In this document: in pieces, positions 48,616 through 58,256 of the stretch
How the letters are laid out: every line of letters starts with the position of its first letter
How positions within the stretch are numbered: position 1 is the stretch's first letter
Assembly (NCBI GenBank): GCA_910588495.1
Contig: CAJUPU010000007.1
Coordinates: forward strand, 10,871-74,870
DNA length: 64,000 bases
Direction: 5' to 3'
From: an uncultured Oscillospiraceae bacterium
Lineage (GTDB): Bacteria; Bacillota; Clostridia; Oscillospirales; Oscillospiraceae
The notes under the pieces: generated by a model
What the model saw: only the letters and a program-made list of their open reading frames with translations
The model's database searches: none
What the model was told of the DNA's origin: nothing
Program-made: the position numbers and the translations under genes

Positions 48616-49029
48616 GTGGACACGGGCACAGATTATGATGTGCGGACAAAGGTATCATTCAAGCTGGACTTCGACGGCAGCGGTGAGCTGAACCTGCTGG
48701 CGCTCCCGGATGTGCAGCGGACGTTTGCCGGGCACGTCCAGAATGCCTTCCAGCAGGATGATACGCTCGGAAGCCATGTTCAGGGCGATTTGACATTCCA
48801 ATTTGATGGCCGGAGGGTGGACTTGGAGTACACCTTCGCCTGCCACGATGAAAGCAAGGAGGAGGCGGAGAGCTTTTCGGATTATTGTGTAAAATCGGTT
48901 CGGAAGGACTTGGAATCCTTCGGCTGTAAACTGACGGGAATCCACTGTACGGCGGAGGAAGCGGATATAACATGGCTGGACCGGCTGGAGGACGCCGTAT
49001 TCAGCCCCGGAGAAATGGAGACGCGATGA
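48616..49029 (+). CDS. Acidic hypothetical protein
   Basis: GTG start after AAGGAGGGG; 137 aa. Ends PGEMETR. Confidence 0.65.
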   Translation: MDTGTDYDVRTKVSFKLDFDGSGELNLLALPDVQRTFAGHVQNAFQQDDTLGSHVQGDLTFQFDGRRVDLEYTFACHDESKEEAESFSDYCVKSVRKDLESFGCKLTGIHCTAEEADITWLDRLEDAVFSPGEMETR

Positions 49030-50042
49030 ACGATTTTGACTACCTTGCCCAGCTCCCCGGCGAGGAGCGGGAGCAGAATTGGATCAGGACGCGGCTGAAA
49101 ACGCTGAGTGTGCGGGAGGGCATCATCCTGGCCGCCGCAGCCCAGGCCGACCAGCCCAAAGACGCCGTCCAGGCCATCAACCAGCTCCAGTCGTTGGATG
49201 TCTACCGGATCGTATGCGGCGCGGACAGCTATGAGCGGCTGGGTGAGTATTATCTGGCACAATGCCGCGGAGTGCCGGATGACGTCAAACCCTATGTCGA
49301 TCTGGCCCAAGTTGGGAAGCATTACACGGTCTTGCATCCCGGCCGGTTTCTGGACGGCTGCTATGTGGCCTACCCGGACGTCACACCCACCCCCGCCTAC
49401 CAGGGTCAGGGCGCGCCCCTGCCCAACGACGGCAGCTGGACGGTCAAACTGAAAATCGCGTCCCCCAGCCTGCCGGAGGGCGTGTGGATGCGGCTGCCCT
49501 GGGAGGACGGCCTGGGGGATAAGACCAGCATCGAAGAAGAAGTGACGCTCAACACGCTTCACGCCCAGAGCTGGGCGGAATGCGCCCTGCTGGACGCCCG
49601 GTGCATCCTACCCGAAGCGGGCGATCTCATGGAGCAGTACAGCGATGTGGAGGAACTGATCCGGGACGGCCTCAGTCTGGCTGACGCCCTTTGGTGGCCC
49701 TTGGGGGAGGATACCCCGTGGTATCCCGCCGCGCTGCGGCTGGAACACTGTCAGAACCTCAAGCTGGCCCTGGATATTTCGCGCAATCCCGACTGTTACC
49801 GCTGGCTGCCCCGGGTCGATCTGGAGGCATCCGCAAAAGAGGCGCTGACGCAGGCCGGGGTGTCGGAAAAGATCACTCAGTCCGGTGGCGTTAGCCTGCG
49901 GAGCTATGGGGCACACCTGCTGGAAAAGCAGGGGTATACCCTGACCGCGGATGGGGGCGGTTACATCGCCCGGACCGCTCAGGAGTTCCACTATTCCCAC
50001 AGCACCCCCGCCCCGGAGCAGTCCGGGATGGTGATGCAGTGA
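49026..50042 (+). CDS. ArdA-like hypothetical protein, tandem paralog A
   Basis: SYERLGEYY...PYVDLAQVG...GCYV. Ends EQSGMVMQ. Confidence 0.65.
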   Translation: MNDFDYLAQLPGEEREQNWIRTRLKTLSVREGIILAAAAQADQPKDAVQAINQLQSLDVYRIVCGADSYERLGEYYLAQCRGVPDDVKPYVDLAQVGKHYTVLHPGRFLDGCYVAYPDVTPTPAYQGQGAPLPNDGSWTVKLKIASPSLPEGVWMRLPWEDGLGDKTSIEEEVTLNTLHAQSWAECALLDARCILPEAGDLMEQYSDVEELIRDGLSLADALWWPLGEDTPWYPAALRLEHCQNLKLALDISRNPDCYRWLPRVDLEASAKEALTQAGVSEKITQSGGVSLRSYGAHLLEKQGYTLTADGGGYIARTAQEFHYSHSTPAPEQSGMVMQ

Positions 50043-50065
50043 TTTGGATGGAGGTGAAAGATCCA

Positions 50066-51097
50066 ATGCACGAATTTGATTACTTGGCCCAGCTCCCCGG
50101 CGAGGAGCGGGAGCAGAATTGGATCAGGATGCGGCTGGGGACGCTGAGTGTGCGGGAGGGTATTATCCTGGCCGCCGCTGCCCAAGCCGATCCGCCTGAA
50201 AACGCCGTCCAGGCCATCAACCGGCTCCAATCGCTGGACGAGTACACTGTGTGCCTGAACGCGGGCAGCTATGAGGCGCTGGGCAGGTGCTATCTGATCA
50301 ATGACACCGCCATGCCGATGGACGCCCTGGCCTTCGCCGACCTGGAGGCGGTGGGGCGGCAGTATGAGGACAGGCATCCCGGCCTGTTCATCGGCAGCTA
50401 CTATGTCCAGTACCCGGAAACGACCCCCCAGCCGGTTTACCGGCGCGGCATGGCCCTCCCCGCCGACGACGGGTGGAGCGTCAAGGTGAAGCTGGCCTCC
50501 CCCGCTGTACCCGAGGGGGTGTGGCTGTGCCTGCCGGGGCCGCTGGAAGATGACTACGAGGACACGATGGAGGAGGTGCTGGCCCTGCGGGAGCTGCGGG
50601 TAAAACGCTGGGACGAGTGCGCCCTGGTGGACGCCCGGTGCGTTCTGCCCGGAGCCGGGGACTTGATGGCCCAGTACAGCGGCAATGTGGCGGACCTGCT
50701 CTATGACGGCGTCCAGCTGGGCTATGTGCTGGAGCAGAAGGGCCAGGGCTCCCCGCACTTCATGGAGCGGTATGCCGCCGCGCTGGCGCTGGAGGGCTGC
50801 CATGACCTGAGACTGGCGCTGGACATCTCGCAAAACCTCAACTGCTACGACTGGATGCAGCGCGCCGATCTGGAGGAGTCCGGCAGGTGCAAGCTGCTGG
50901 ACGCCGGCATGACGGAGGAGCAGATCCGGGCCAGCGGCATTGACCTGGCTGGCTACAAAGCCCACCTTCTGGGAAAGGAGGGGTACACGCCCACCGCGGA
51001 CGGCTGGGGCTATATCCGCCGCAACGCCAACGAGTTCTACTACCAGTTCAGCACCCCCGCCCAGCCCCAGGAGGAGCCTGGGATGACAATGCAATAA
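50066..51097 (+). CDS. ArdA-like hypothetical protein, tandem paralog B
   Basis: GGAGGTG RBS; full-length paralog of 49026-50042. Ends QEEPGMTMQ. Confidence 0.65.
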   Translation: MHEFDYLAQLPGEEREQNWIRMRLGTLSVREGIILAAAAQADPPENAVQAINRLQSLDEYTVCLNAGSYEALGRCYLINDTAMPMDALAFADLEAVGRQYEDRHPGLFIGSYYVQYPETTPQPVYRRGMALPADDGWSVKVKLASPAVPEGVWLCLPGPLEDDYEDTMEEVLALRELRVKRWDECALVDARCVLPGAGDLMAQYSGNVADLLYDGVQLGYVLEQKGQGSPHFMERYAAALALEGCHDLRLALDISQNLNCYDWMQRADLEESGRCKLLDAGMTEEQIRASGIDLAGYKAHLLGKEGYTPTADGWGYIRRNANEFYYQFSTPAQPQEEPGMTMQ

Positions 51098-51106
51098 TAC
51101 ATTTAC

Positions 51107-51149
51107 AGGGGCCGTTTTCCCGATAAGGGTATCGGCCCCTTCTTTTTTT
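51107..51149 (+). terminator. Intrinsic terminator
   Basis: AGGGGCCG...CGGCCCCT-TCTTTTTTT. Confidence 0.65.
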
Positions 51150-51201
51150 GCGTCTATATGCCCCTTTTCCGGGAAAATGCCCCCCGAAAAAGGAGGACAT
51201 C

Positions 51202-51909
51202 ATGAAAGAAGAACAGCTCCTGGCCTATCTGAAGGTCAACTGCGCGGGGCGCAAAAACATCCGCACCCGCGCCCAGCTCCAGCGGGCGCTGAACCTCAGC
51301 AAAGACCAGCTCACCAACATGGTTCATCGGATGCGCTGCAAGGGCCTGCCCATCGCGGGCGGGCCCCTGGGGTACTGCGCTGGGTGTGGGAGAACGCGCC
51401 CAGGCTGCGCCTGGATCGGGCACGAATTGCCGTGGGCGGGGGACAGCGCCGGGGGCGCGCTGGCCGCCGCCTGCGCCCTGCGCGCCAGAGATGAGGGCGG
51501 GCCCCGGCTGTGCTTTCAGCTGCTGGTCTACCCCGTGACCGACTCCCGGATGGAAACAGCCTCCATGCGGAAATACACGGACAGCCCCATGTGGAACGCC
51601 GGGCTGAATCAAAAAATGTGGGAGCTGTATCTGCGGGAGGGGGATCATGGGACGCCGCAGTACGCGGCCCCCCTGCTGGCCCGCGATTTTTCCGATCTCC
51701 CCCCCGCCTATGTGGAGGCGGAGGAATTTGACTGCCTCCATGATGAGGGGATCGCCTACGCCAAAGCTCTGGAGAAAGCGGGTGTGGAGGTTCAGATAGA
51801 GGACGTAAACGGCACCTTTCACGGATTCGATTTTTTTACAGGCAAAGGAATTGCAAAGGCAATGGCGGAAAAGCGGATACAAGCGCTTCGGGACGCATTC
51901 CGCCGCTGA
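51202..51909 (+). pseudogene. Chimera: truncated HTH gene joined to the C-terminal half of an HSL-family alpha/beta hydrolase
   Basis: HTH N-terminus up to ~51375. LRWVWENA...IAVGG follows in another frame, with a frameshift in a G-run before GDSAGG. The gene ends with the FHGF motif. Confidence 0.75.
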
Positions 51910-52000
51910 CAGAAGAAACCGGCAGAAAGAAACGCGGGGTGATCCCTGTCCATCTTTCTGCCGGTTATCGATTATCAGGCGCACAGCGCCGGAGAAGCCT

Positions 52001-52480
52001 ATGAACGTCAGGAAGCCCACCGATTACAGCGCCCTGTTCGCGGCGTTGGACACGCTGGTGGCAGCAAAGCTGCCCCAGATGGAGTTGTACCGCGAGATTG
52101 GCCGCCTGGTCTGCGGCAGGCCGGAGAAGGGCGCGGCGGTGGCGGCTGCGGAATACCTGAACAGCGCCTATCCCGACAGTTCCGGCTTCTCCCCCCGGAA
52201 CCTGCGGAGGATGCGGGACTTTTACCGCACCTATGCGAACAGCCCGGAGGTGCTGGCCGAAGCCATGTCCATCGGTTGGACACAGAACGTGGTCATCCTG
52301 GAAGCGGAGCTGACGCTCCAGGACAAGCTGTGGTACATCCGGGCGGTGCGCCGGTTCGGGTGGAGCAAAGTAACGCTGGCGGAGAAGATCGCGTCCGCCG
52401 CCCATCTGGAGATAGCTCTCGACTTGGAACCGGAAGTGTGCTATACTGGGAAAAACAGTACCACGGAGTGTGTGAGCGAT
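52001..52480 (+). CDS. DUF1016 N-terminal (YhcG-like) domain protein; the reading frame runs on into the phosphatase gene
   Basis: YREIGR...GFSPRNLRRMRDFY...IGWTQNVVI...GWS. The end given is the domain end; the frame stays open to 52942. Confidence 0.7.
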
Positions 52481-52942
52481 GACGAAGATCCTCTTTGTGT
52501 GCCACGGCAATATCTGCCGGAGCCCCATGGCCGAGTTCGTGATGAAAGACTTGGTGCGGCAGGCTGGACTGGAATCCCAATTCCACATCGAGTCCGCTGC
52601 CACCAGCACGGAGGAAATCGGCAACCCGGTCTACCCCCGGCCCGGCGCAAACTGGCCGAGCATGGCATCGACTGCACGGGCAAGACGGCGCGGCAGTTCA
52701 TCAACGGCGACTACGACCAGTACGACCTGCTGATTGGGATGGACCGGGCCAACCTGCGGAATATGCACCGCATCTGCGGCGGCGATTTTGCCGGGAAGCT
52801 GCATCTGCTGATGGACTATACCGACCATCCCGGCGATGTGGCCGATCCGTGGTACACCGATGACTTCGAGACCACCTGGCGGGATGTGCTGGAGGGTTGT
52901 CAAGGGCTGTTGGAGCAACTGCGCTCCAGGGAGGGCAAATGA
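52479..52942 (+). pseudogene. Low-molecular-weight protein-tyrosine phosphatase, frameshifted
   Basis: ILFVCHGNICRSPMAE is in one frame and DLLIGMD...VADPWY in another. The break is at a C-run near 52634-52638. Confidence 0.82.
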
Positions 52943-53163
52943 TGTTCGGCAGAAGGAAGCGGCAGGCCGTCAGCCCCTATGACAAGACTGGAAAGATCCC
53001 GGTCATCCGATCCAGCATCTGCACCGGCGAACAGGTGGCGGGGTTCAAAGACATCATCAGCGGGAAGTTTGAGGAGCTGATGCTGATCCGCGGTGAAAAA
53101 GATTTTGCCGAGTTCCTCAGCCGGTATCAGGTGGAAGAAAGCGAGATCAAACGGGAGTGGTGA
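52939..53163 (+). CDS. Small conserved hypothetical protein
   Basis: ATG overlaps the phosphatase stop; PVIRSSICTGEQVAGFKD...FEELMLIR. Confidence 0.7.
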   Translation: MMFGRRKRQAVSPYDKTGKIPVIRSSICTGEQVAGFKDIISGKFEELMLIRGEKDFAEFLSRYQVEESEIKREW

Positions 53164-53168
53164 GTGCC

Positions 53169-53777
53169 ATGTGCCGCCGTCTGCTGTGCTATGGCGATTC
53201 CAATACCTATGGGTACGATCCCCGCTCCTATCTGGGCGGGCGGTACCCGGAGTCTGTCCGCTGGACAGCCCTGCTGAGGAGATACGGGTGGGACGTTATC
53301 AACAGGGGAGAAAATGGCCGCTCTATCCCATGCGGTGATGGTGAAATCAAGACTGCAGTTCAGTCCTTGTGCCACGTGGAGGCGGATATCCTGACCGTAA
53401 TGCTGGGGAGCAACGATTTGCTTCAACCATCCTGTCCGTCCGCCAGAGAATGTGCGGATCGGATGGAGCGGTTCCTGACCGCGTTGCTCCACGTGGATGG
53501 CTGGGACAAAACCCGCAAGATTCTCTTGGTCGCCCCGCCGCCTATGGCGCTGGGCACTTGGGTACAGGATGAGGAAACCATAGCCGCCTCCCGCCGTTTG
53601 GCAGAATGCTACAAGGACATCGCCCGGCTGCTAAATATCGGTTTTGCCGATGCGGGCGGTTGGGGGATCGGTCTCACATATGACGGTGTGCATTTTTCCG
53701 AGATGGGCCATCTGGCCTTTGCGAAGGGAATCCAGCAGGCCCTGACAATGCTTGTATCAAAGAACTGCAGTGATTAG
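53169..53777 (+). CDS. SGNH/GDSL hydrolase
   Basis: CYGDSNTYG, GENGR, MLGSND and DGVH. Confidence 0.92.
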   Translation: MCRRLLCYGDSNTYGYDPRSYLGGRYPESVRWTALLRRYGWDVINRGENGRSIPCGDGEIKTAVQSLCHVEADILTVMLGSNDLLQPSCPSARECADRMERFLTALLHVDGWDKTRKILLVAPPPMALGTWVQDEETIAASRRLAECYKDIARLLNIGFADAGGWGIGLTYDGVHFSEMGHLAFAKGIQQALTMLVSKNCSD

Positions 53778-54168
53778 AATTTGGTGAGTTGCGTTGCGGA
53801 ATTGGCCATACGGATGATTGGATGCTTATTGCGCCGGGGGTTCTAAAGTGTTCGCCCCTGCCAAGGTAGTCAACAAATTTCGAGAAGAAGTTTGCCGACT
53901 ACCTTTTTTACAGACTTTTCGTTCGGTACATCTTTTTTGTCAACGCAAGACAAGAAAAGTTGACAAACTCCAAGGCCAAAAAGAGACCAGATTCTGGAGC
54001 TTATCAGCTTTCCTTATACTTATCAGCGTTATTGAGATATTGGCAAAGTATGCAAAGGGACTTGAACCCTAGTCTTTAACAATGATCTCATGGACTTGGC
54101 ACAGCTTTCGGGCTGTGCCTTTTGCTATTTAGGAATTGAAATATAGAAAGGAATATGTTAATATAGAA

Positions 54169-54627
54169 ATGACAAAAAGTGAGCAAATTCGAGCTGGACT
54201 CCAAAAGAGCTTTCGGAGTGGCTCATCGGCCAAGGCATCGACCGTATGCTACGGCTACCGGCTCACCTTATCTGGCGAATTGGTCGTATACCCCACGGAG
54301 GCCGTCATTGTGTTCTATATCTTCGAGTGTTATGAAGCTGGCGACAGCTACGGAAAGATTTCCGTTGCATTGGCCGATATGGAAATTGTTTCTCCCACGG
54401 GCAAAGCGGTCTGGAGCCGGGAAACAATTTCAAAGCTCTTGTCAAACGAGAAGTATGTGAGAAATGTTATCTTAGGAAAGACACAGGTAGTCGATGGCGT
54501 TCAGGTAAAGTCATCCGATGCCAGAAGTCAAGTCCGTATCCAGCCATCATTTCCCGCGAACTTTTTGATGCTGTCCAGAAAGAAAAACGTAAGAGGAGCA
54601 GGAACCGAGTGGTTGTCAGATGAGTGA
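54169..54627 (+). pseudogene. Large serine recombinase fragment (recombinase domain only, frameshifted)
   Basis: CYGYR...EAVIV...SPTGKAVWSRETISKLLSNEKYV. PAIISRELFDAVQ is out of frame and there is no catalytic domain. Confidence 0.75.
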
Positions 54628-54785
54628 TTAGGAGGCCAAGCTATGGCTGCGTCAAGACAATACCTCCCCAAAGCAAGGAAATTTAGTACTGTGAAAACAA
54701 TTCGACATTCTCCACCATCTACGCTATAATATAATTATTTTTTCAGTTGAGTGAGAAAGAGATGCAGCCAGGGTCAGGTATTCTA

Positions 54786-55216
54786 GGCAGTGTTCACATA
54801 AGTACATCAGCAATAAGAGCCAGATAGATAAAGGCAAAAAAGATAATGTCAAGTTTATCATAGCGAGTGAAAATACGGCGAAAGCGTTTGAGATGACGGA
54901 AAAGTCTCTTGACTTGATTGCGATGTTTGTACAGCTGTGTATCATGGCTCCAAGGATTTTTTCGATTGCTTTTGGGAGGAACGACTGCTATATAAACAAG
55001 TTCCACGGCCAAAGCCCGTGTCTCGTCCCCCTCATAAGCCCGATTCATCAGAAGGTAAAGCGGATGGTCAGTTGGACCGAGCTTCTGTAAAAAAGCGCAG
55101 CCTTCCGGTCCACCACCGCAGTTTCCGGCGGACAGCGAAAACATCACCCCCATCTCGATCAGATGCGGCGACCATATGAAGTTTGGTGTTCCAGCCGCCG
55201 CGTGTTCTTCCAATGG
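54786..55216 (-). mobile_element. IS5-family remnant (3' half with right IR)
   Basis: RAYEGD...VVPPKSNRKNPW...LYKHRNQVKRLFRHLKRFRRIFTRYDKL. IR GGCAGTGTTCACATAAG preceded by TA. Confidence 0.8.
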
Positions 55217-55894
55217 ATTTCCGCTGTGGAAATGACGCCCTCGATGCTCATTTCCAGCAGGCGGTCTTTTTTTGCCTGGATGGCAGTGATATCATTTTGA
55301 ACGCGCTGGGCGTCCTGGATGTAGTCATGTTCATCCGGGGCCGACTAGATCGCTTCGATCAAGGCGTCGATGATGGCCGGCTTATCTTGGGCCAGTTGGT
55401 CGAATATGCCGGCCATGACCTGATCCAGCTCTGTGGTCCTCAATGTTCTGGGCCACCCCCGCCATGACCACCAGCCGGAACTTGCTATCGCTGTCCAGGG
55501 TGTTGATGTTGTCGTTCTGGAACAGCACGCCCACGTCGTGCTCCAGCAGCTCCTGGGTATATTGGATGCTGTCCAGGGTGGAACGGGAAAAGCGGGATAT
55601 CTCCTTGGTGATGATGAAGTTGAACCGCCCCGCTTTGGCGTCCGTTATCATCCGATTGAAGCTATCCCGCTTTTTCGTGCTTGTCCCGCTGATGCCCTCG
55701 TCCACATAACCTGGGATATAGGTCCAGTTTCGTTTTTCCTGGATGAACTGGGTGTAATACTGCACCTGGTTTTCCAGACTGTTGAGCTGTTCATCCTTGT
55801 CGGTGGACACCCTGGCGTAGAAGGTCACCCGCAGGGGAAAGTCGAAGATCGTTTTCCCGCTGCACATTTCATTGCGGATCTTAAGTATATCCAT
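55217..55894 (-). pseudogene. Large serine recombinase pseudogene with internal deletion
   Basis: Catalytic domain YARVST, DEGISG and KEISRFSR, broken at ~55445. A coiled-coil fragment with an in-frame stop follows. Confidence 0.82.
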
Positions 55895-56150
55895 GCTGTC
55901 CCGCCTCCTCTGTCAAGCACACAGGATACCGGAAAAGCGGGGGGATATCCGGCGTGGAATGTACCAGATCCATTGCGCTCAATAGGTGCGTTTGGACAAA
56001 AGGCCGCGGTCATAGACCGCGTTCAAAAGGACGCTCAACAGTTCTCGCTGTGCGCTTTCCAATCTCATCACCTCAGTTCATGGATATGCTCTGGAGGAAA
56101 AAATGCCAGGCGGATCAGATCCGTCTGGCATCTATGTGTGGAGATCAAAT

Positions 56151-56996
56151 TCATTTTTTGGGCGCTGTCCTTTGTCCTCCGAAATGAAGGCACTGCTGGG
56201 GGCAGGCGTCGATACATTTCCCGCACCGGATGCACTCCGGCGACCGGGAGATCTCCTGGAGGGAAAGGGCCACCGGGCAGGCCCGCTCACAGGCCATGCA
56301 GGACACGCACCGTGCCTGTTCCCAGTGGATCTGCACCAGGCTGAACCGGTTGAACCAGCCGTAGATCGCCCCGAGGGGGCACAAATATTGGCAGAAGGGC
56401 CGGTAGACTTTCACGGACAGCAGCACGATGCCGATCAGGATCCCCAGCTTCCAGAGGAACAGGCCGCCGGCCTGTCCCCGCAGGGACTCGTTCGCGCCCA
56501 ACAGGGGGAGCGCGCCCAGCAGGGTGCCGGAGGGGCACAGATATTTGCAAAACGCGGGCACCTTCGCGTATCCCCCGAACAGGAACAGGGAGCCGATGCA
56601 CACCAGCAGGATCAGCACCAGGTATTTTCCATATTTCAGGATGTGGTGAAAGGGAAGGCGCTTTTTCTTGTGGAACACGGGGATCTTATGCAGCAGGTCC
56701 TGCGCCAGCCCAAAGGGGCACAGCCAGCCGCAGACGAAGCGGCCCAGCAGGCTCCCGAACAGGAAGAGAACGCCCAGCGCGGCGAAGGGCACCTGAAACC
56801 CCCGCTGGTTCAGCAGGGCCTGGAGCGCCCCGATGGGACAGGAGGCGATGGCGCCGGGGCAGGAGTAGCAGTTCAGCCCCGGAACGCAGGCGTATTTCAA
56901 GCCGCCGCGGTAGATCTTTCCCTCCAGAAAGCCGTACATGTACCCGTTCGTCACGATGGTGAACAGCAGCTGCACCGTCAGTCGAAGTCGTCTCAT
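56151..56996 (-). CDS. 4Fe-4S-binding polyferredoxin membrane protein (NapH/MauN-like)
   Basis: CGWLCPFG, FCKYLCP, FCQYLCP, CVSCMACERACP and CIRCGKCIDACP. Confidence 0.9.
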   Translation of the reverse strand: MRRLRLTVQLLFTIVTNGYMYGFLEGKIYRGGLKYACVPGLNCYSCPGAIASCPIGALQALLNQRGFQVPFAALGVLFLFGSLLGRFVCGWLCPFGLAQDLLHKIPVFHKKKRLPFHHILKYGKYLVLILLVCIGSLFLFGGYAKVPAFCKYLCPSGTLLGALPLLGANESLRGQAGGLFLWKLGILIGIVLLSVKVYRPFCQYLCPLGAIYGWFNRFSLVQIHWEQARCVSCMACERACPVALSLQEISRSPECIRCGKCIDACPQQCLHFGGQRTAPKK

Positions 56997-57000
56997 GGCC

Positions 57001-57153
57001 TCACCCGATCCCAATGCACTCCAGGCAGATCATCACCGCTTTTTTCCAGATCACAGCAAACTGTCCCTGAAAAGCTCCGGCGGCGAGGAGGCCCGCTCCG
57101 GCCAGAACGCCCAGTATCCAGGCGTGAGGCTTACATTTTTTCCAGAAGCTCAT
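57001..57153 (-). CDS. Small CXXC membrane protein (CD1871A-like)
   Basis: 50 aa with a hydrophobic helix, ending KAVMICLECIGIG. Confidence 0.75.
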   Translation of the reverse strand: MSFWKKCKPHAWILGVLAGAGLLAAGAFQGQFAVIWKKAVMICLECIGIG

Positions 57154-57700
57154 GGATAAGCTCCTCCCACTTCGATCTGTCCGCAGAGCCCACCACGCCC
57201 CCCAGGTACGCCCCTTCCCCGTCAAAGAAGAAGGTGGTGGGCACGCCGCTCACACTGGCCAAAAGGGCGCGGTCGATGGAGGCGTTTGCCAGCAGATGGG
57301 GGTAATCTGCCCCGGTCTGCTGGACCAGGCTCTCCACAAGGGACTGGTCCTCCCCCTCCCGCACGTCGCTGACGACGCCGATGATCTGGACCTCTCCCGG
57401 GTCGTATTCCGCCGACAGCTGGCCAAGGCCGGGCATCTCCCGTAGGCAGGGGTTGCAGTAGGTGGCCCACACGTTGACCATGGTGAGCCTGGACCGGGTG
57501 AATACCTCCTCCGAGACCGTGTTTCCCTCCAGGTCGGTGGCCTCAAAGGTGATAAAAATGGGGGAGGACTCCTCCTGGGCAGGGGAGGTGCCCGCCGCGC
57601 CGGGGTCGGTCTTTGCCGGATCGTCGCCGTTGCCGCCGGCACAGCCGCCGAGCAGGAGCAGTAGCAGCACTCCAAAGATCACTTGATATGATTTGCGCAT
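57131..57700 (-). CDS. TlpA-family thioredoxin-like lipoprotein
   Basis: Lipobox LGGC; NVWATYCNPCLREMP and VPTT. Confidence 0.9.
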   Translation of the reverse strand: MRKSYQVIFGVLLLLLLGGCAGGNGDDPAKTDPGAAGTSPAQEESSPIFITFEATDLEGNTVSEEVFTRSRLTMVNVWATYCNPCLREMPGLGQLSAEYDPGEVQIIGVVSDVREGEDQSLVESLVQQTGADYPHLLANASIDRALLASVSGVPTTFFFDGEGAYLGGVVGSADRSKWEELIHELLEKM

Positions 57701-57720
57701 GTCAGCCTCACCTCCGCTCT

Positions 57721-57749
57721 ATTATAGGCCATTTGATGCAAATAATCAA
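57721..57749 (-). promoter_or_regulatory. sigmaA promoter of the tlpA operon
   Basis: TTGATT-17-TATAAT. Confidence 0.65.
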
Positions 57750-57992
57750 GATGAAAGCGAAGGGCCTTCCATTGGCTAGGGCTCGGTGATGGGGCCCACC
57801 GCGGCCACGGAATACGTGATCGACTGCCCCGCCCCGGAGAATATGAACGCCAGCGAGGTCTGCCAACGGGGAAGAAGCAGTACGCCGCGAGGCCGGGGCT
57901 GCGCAGCGACGCCTACAATAATTTATTGACAACTCATATAACTATATAAACTCACATACATATACCAAGAGTGTTTAGAAGGAGACAAGCCG

Positions 57993-58256
57993 ATGGACTA
58001 CGGTTTTTCAATTATTGATATCCCCAGCAGCTTTTGTTCACAGCAAATGGAACAAGCATATGAGCTTTCTAACGGAACAATTCTTTTTCCCTCCGAGCAG
58101 GATCCAGAGGGGTGCTATTGGGGGGCTGTTGGGATGGATGGAATGTATCTCCGCACTGGTGTTCGGTACTATCCGATCTGCAGCGACCGCCATCAAATCG
58201 TTGCATTTCGAAAAATACTGCCGCTCAATAGCAGTTCGTATGGTTTGAAAGCATGA
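57993..58256 (+). CDS. Small hypothetical protein
   Basis: AAGGAG RBS and an upstream TTGACA in AT-rich sequence; 87 aa. Confidence 0.5.
   Translation: MDYGFSIIDIPSSFCSQQMEQAYELSNGTILFPSEQDPEGCYWGAVGMDGMYLRTGVRYYPICSDRHQIVAFRKILPLNSSSYGLKA

Noticed and set aside
49026..51097. Diversity-generating retroelement TR/VR pair
   Set aside because: Both copies are full genes, the differences are not adenine-specific, and the only retroelement trace is a group II intron remnant.
54643..54729. 28-aa ORF with a GGAGG RBS after the recombinase fragment
   Set aside because: No recognisable motif, and it sits in decayed sequence next to an IS end.
57760..57915. Structured ncRNA upstream of tlpA
   Set aside because: It lies upstream of the promoter and I could not support a convincing fold or family; it may be a gene remnant.
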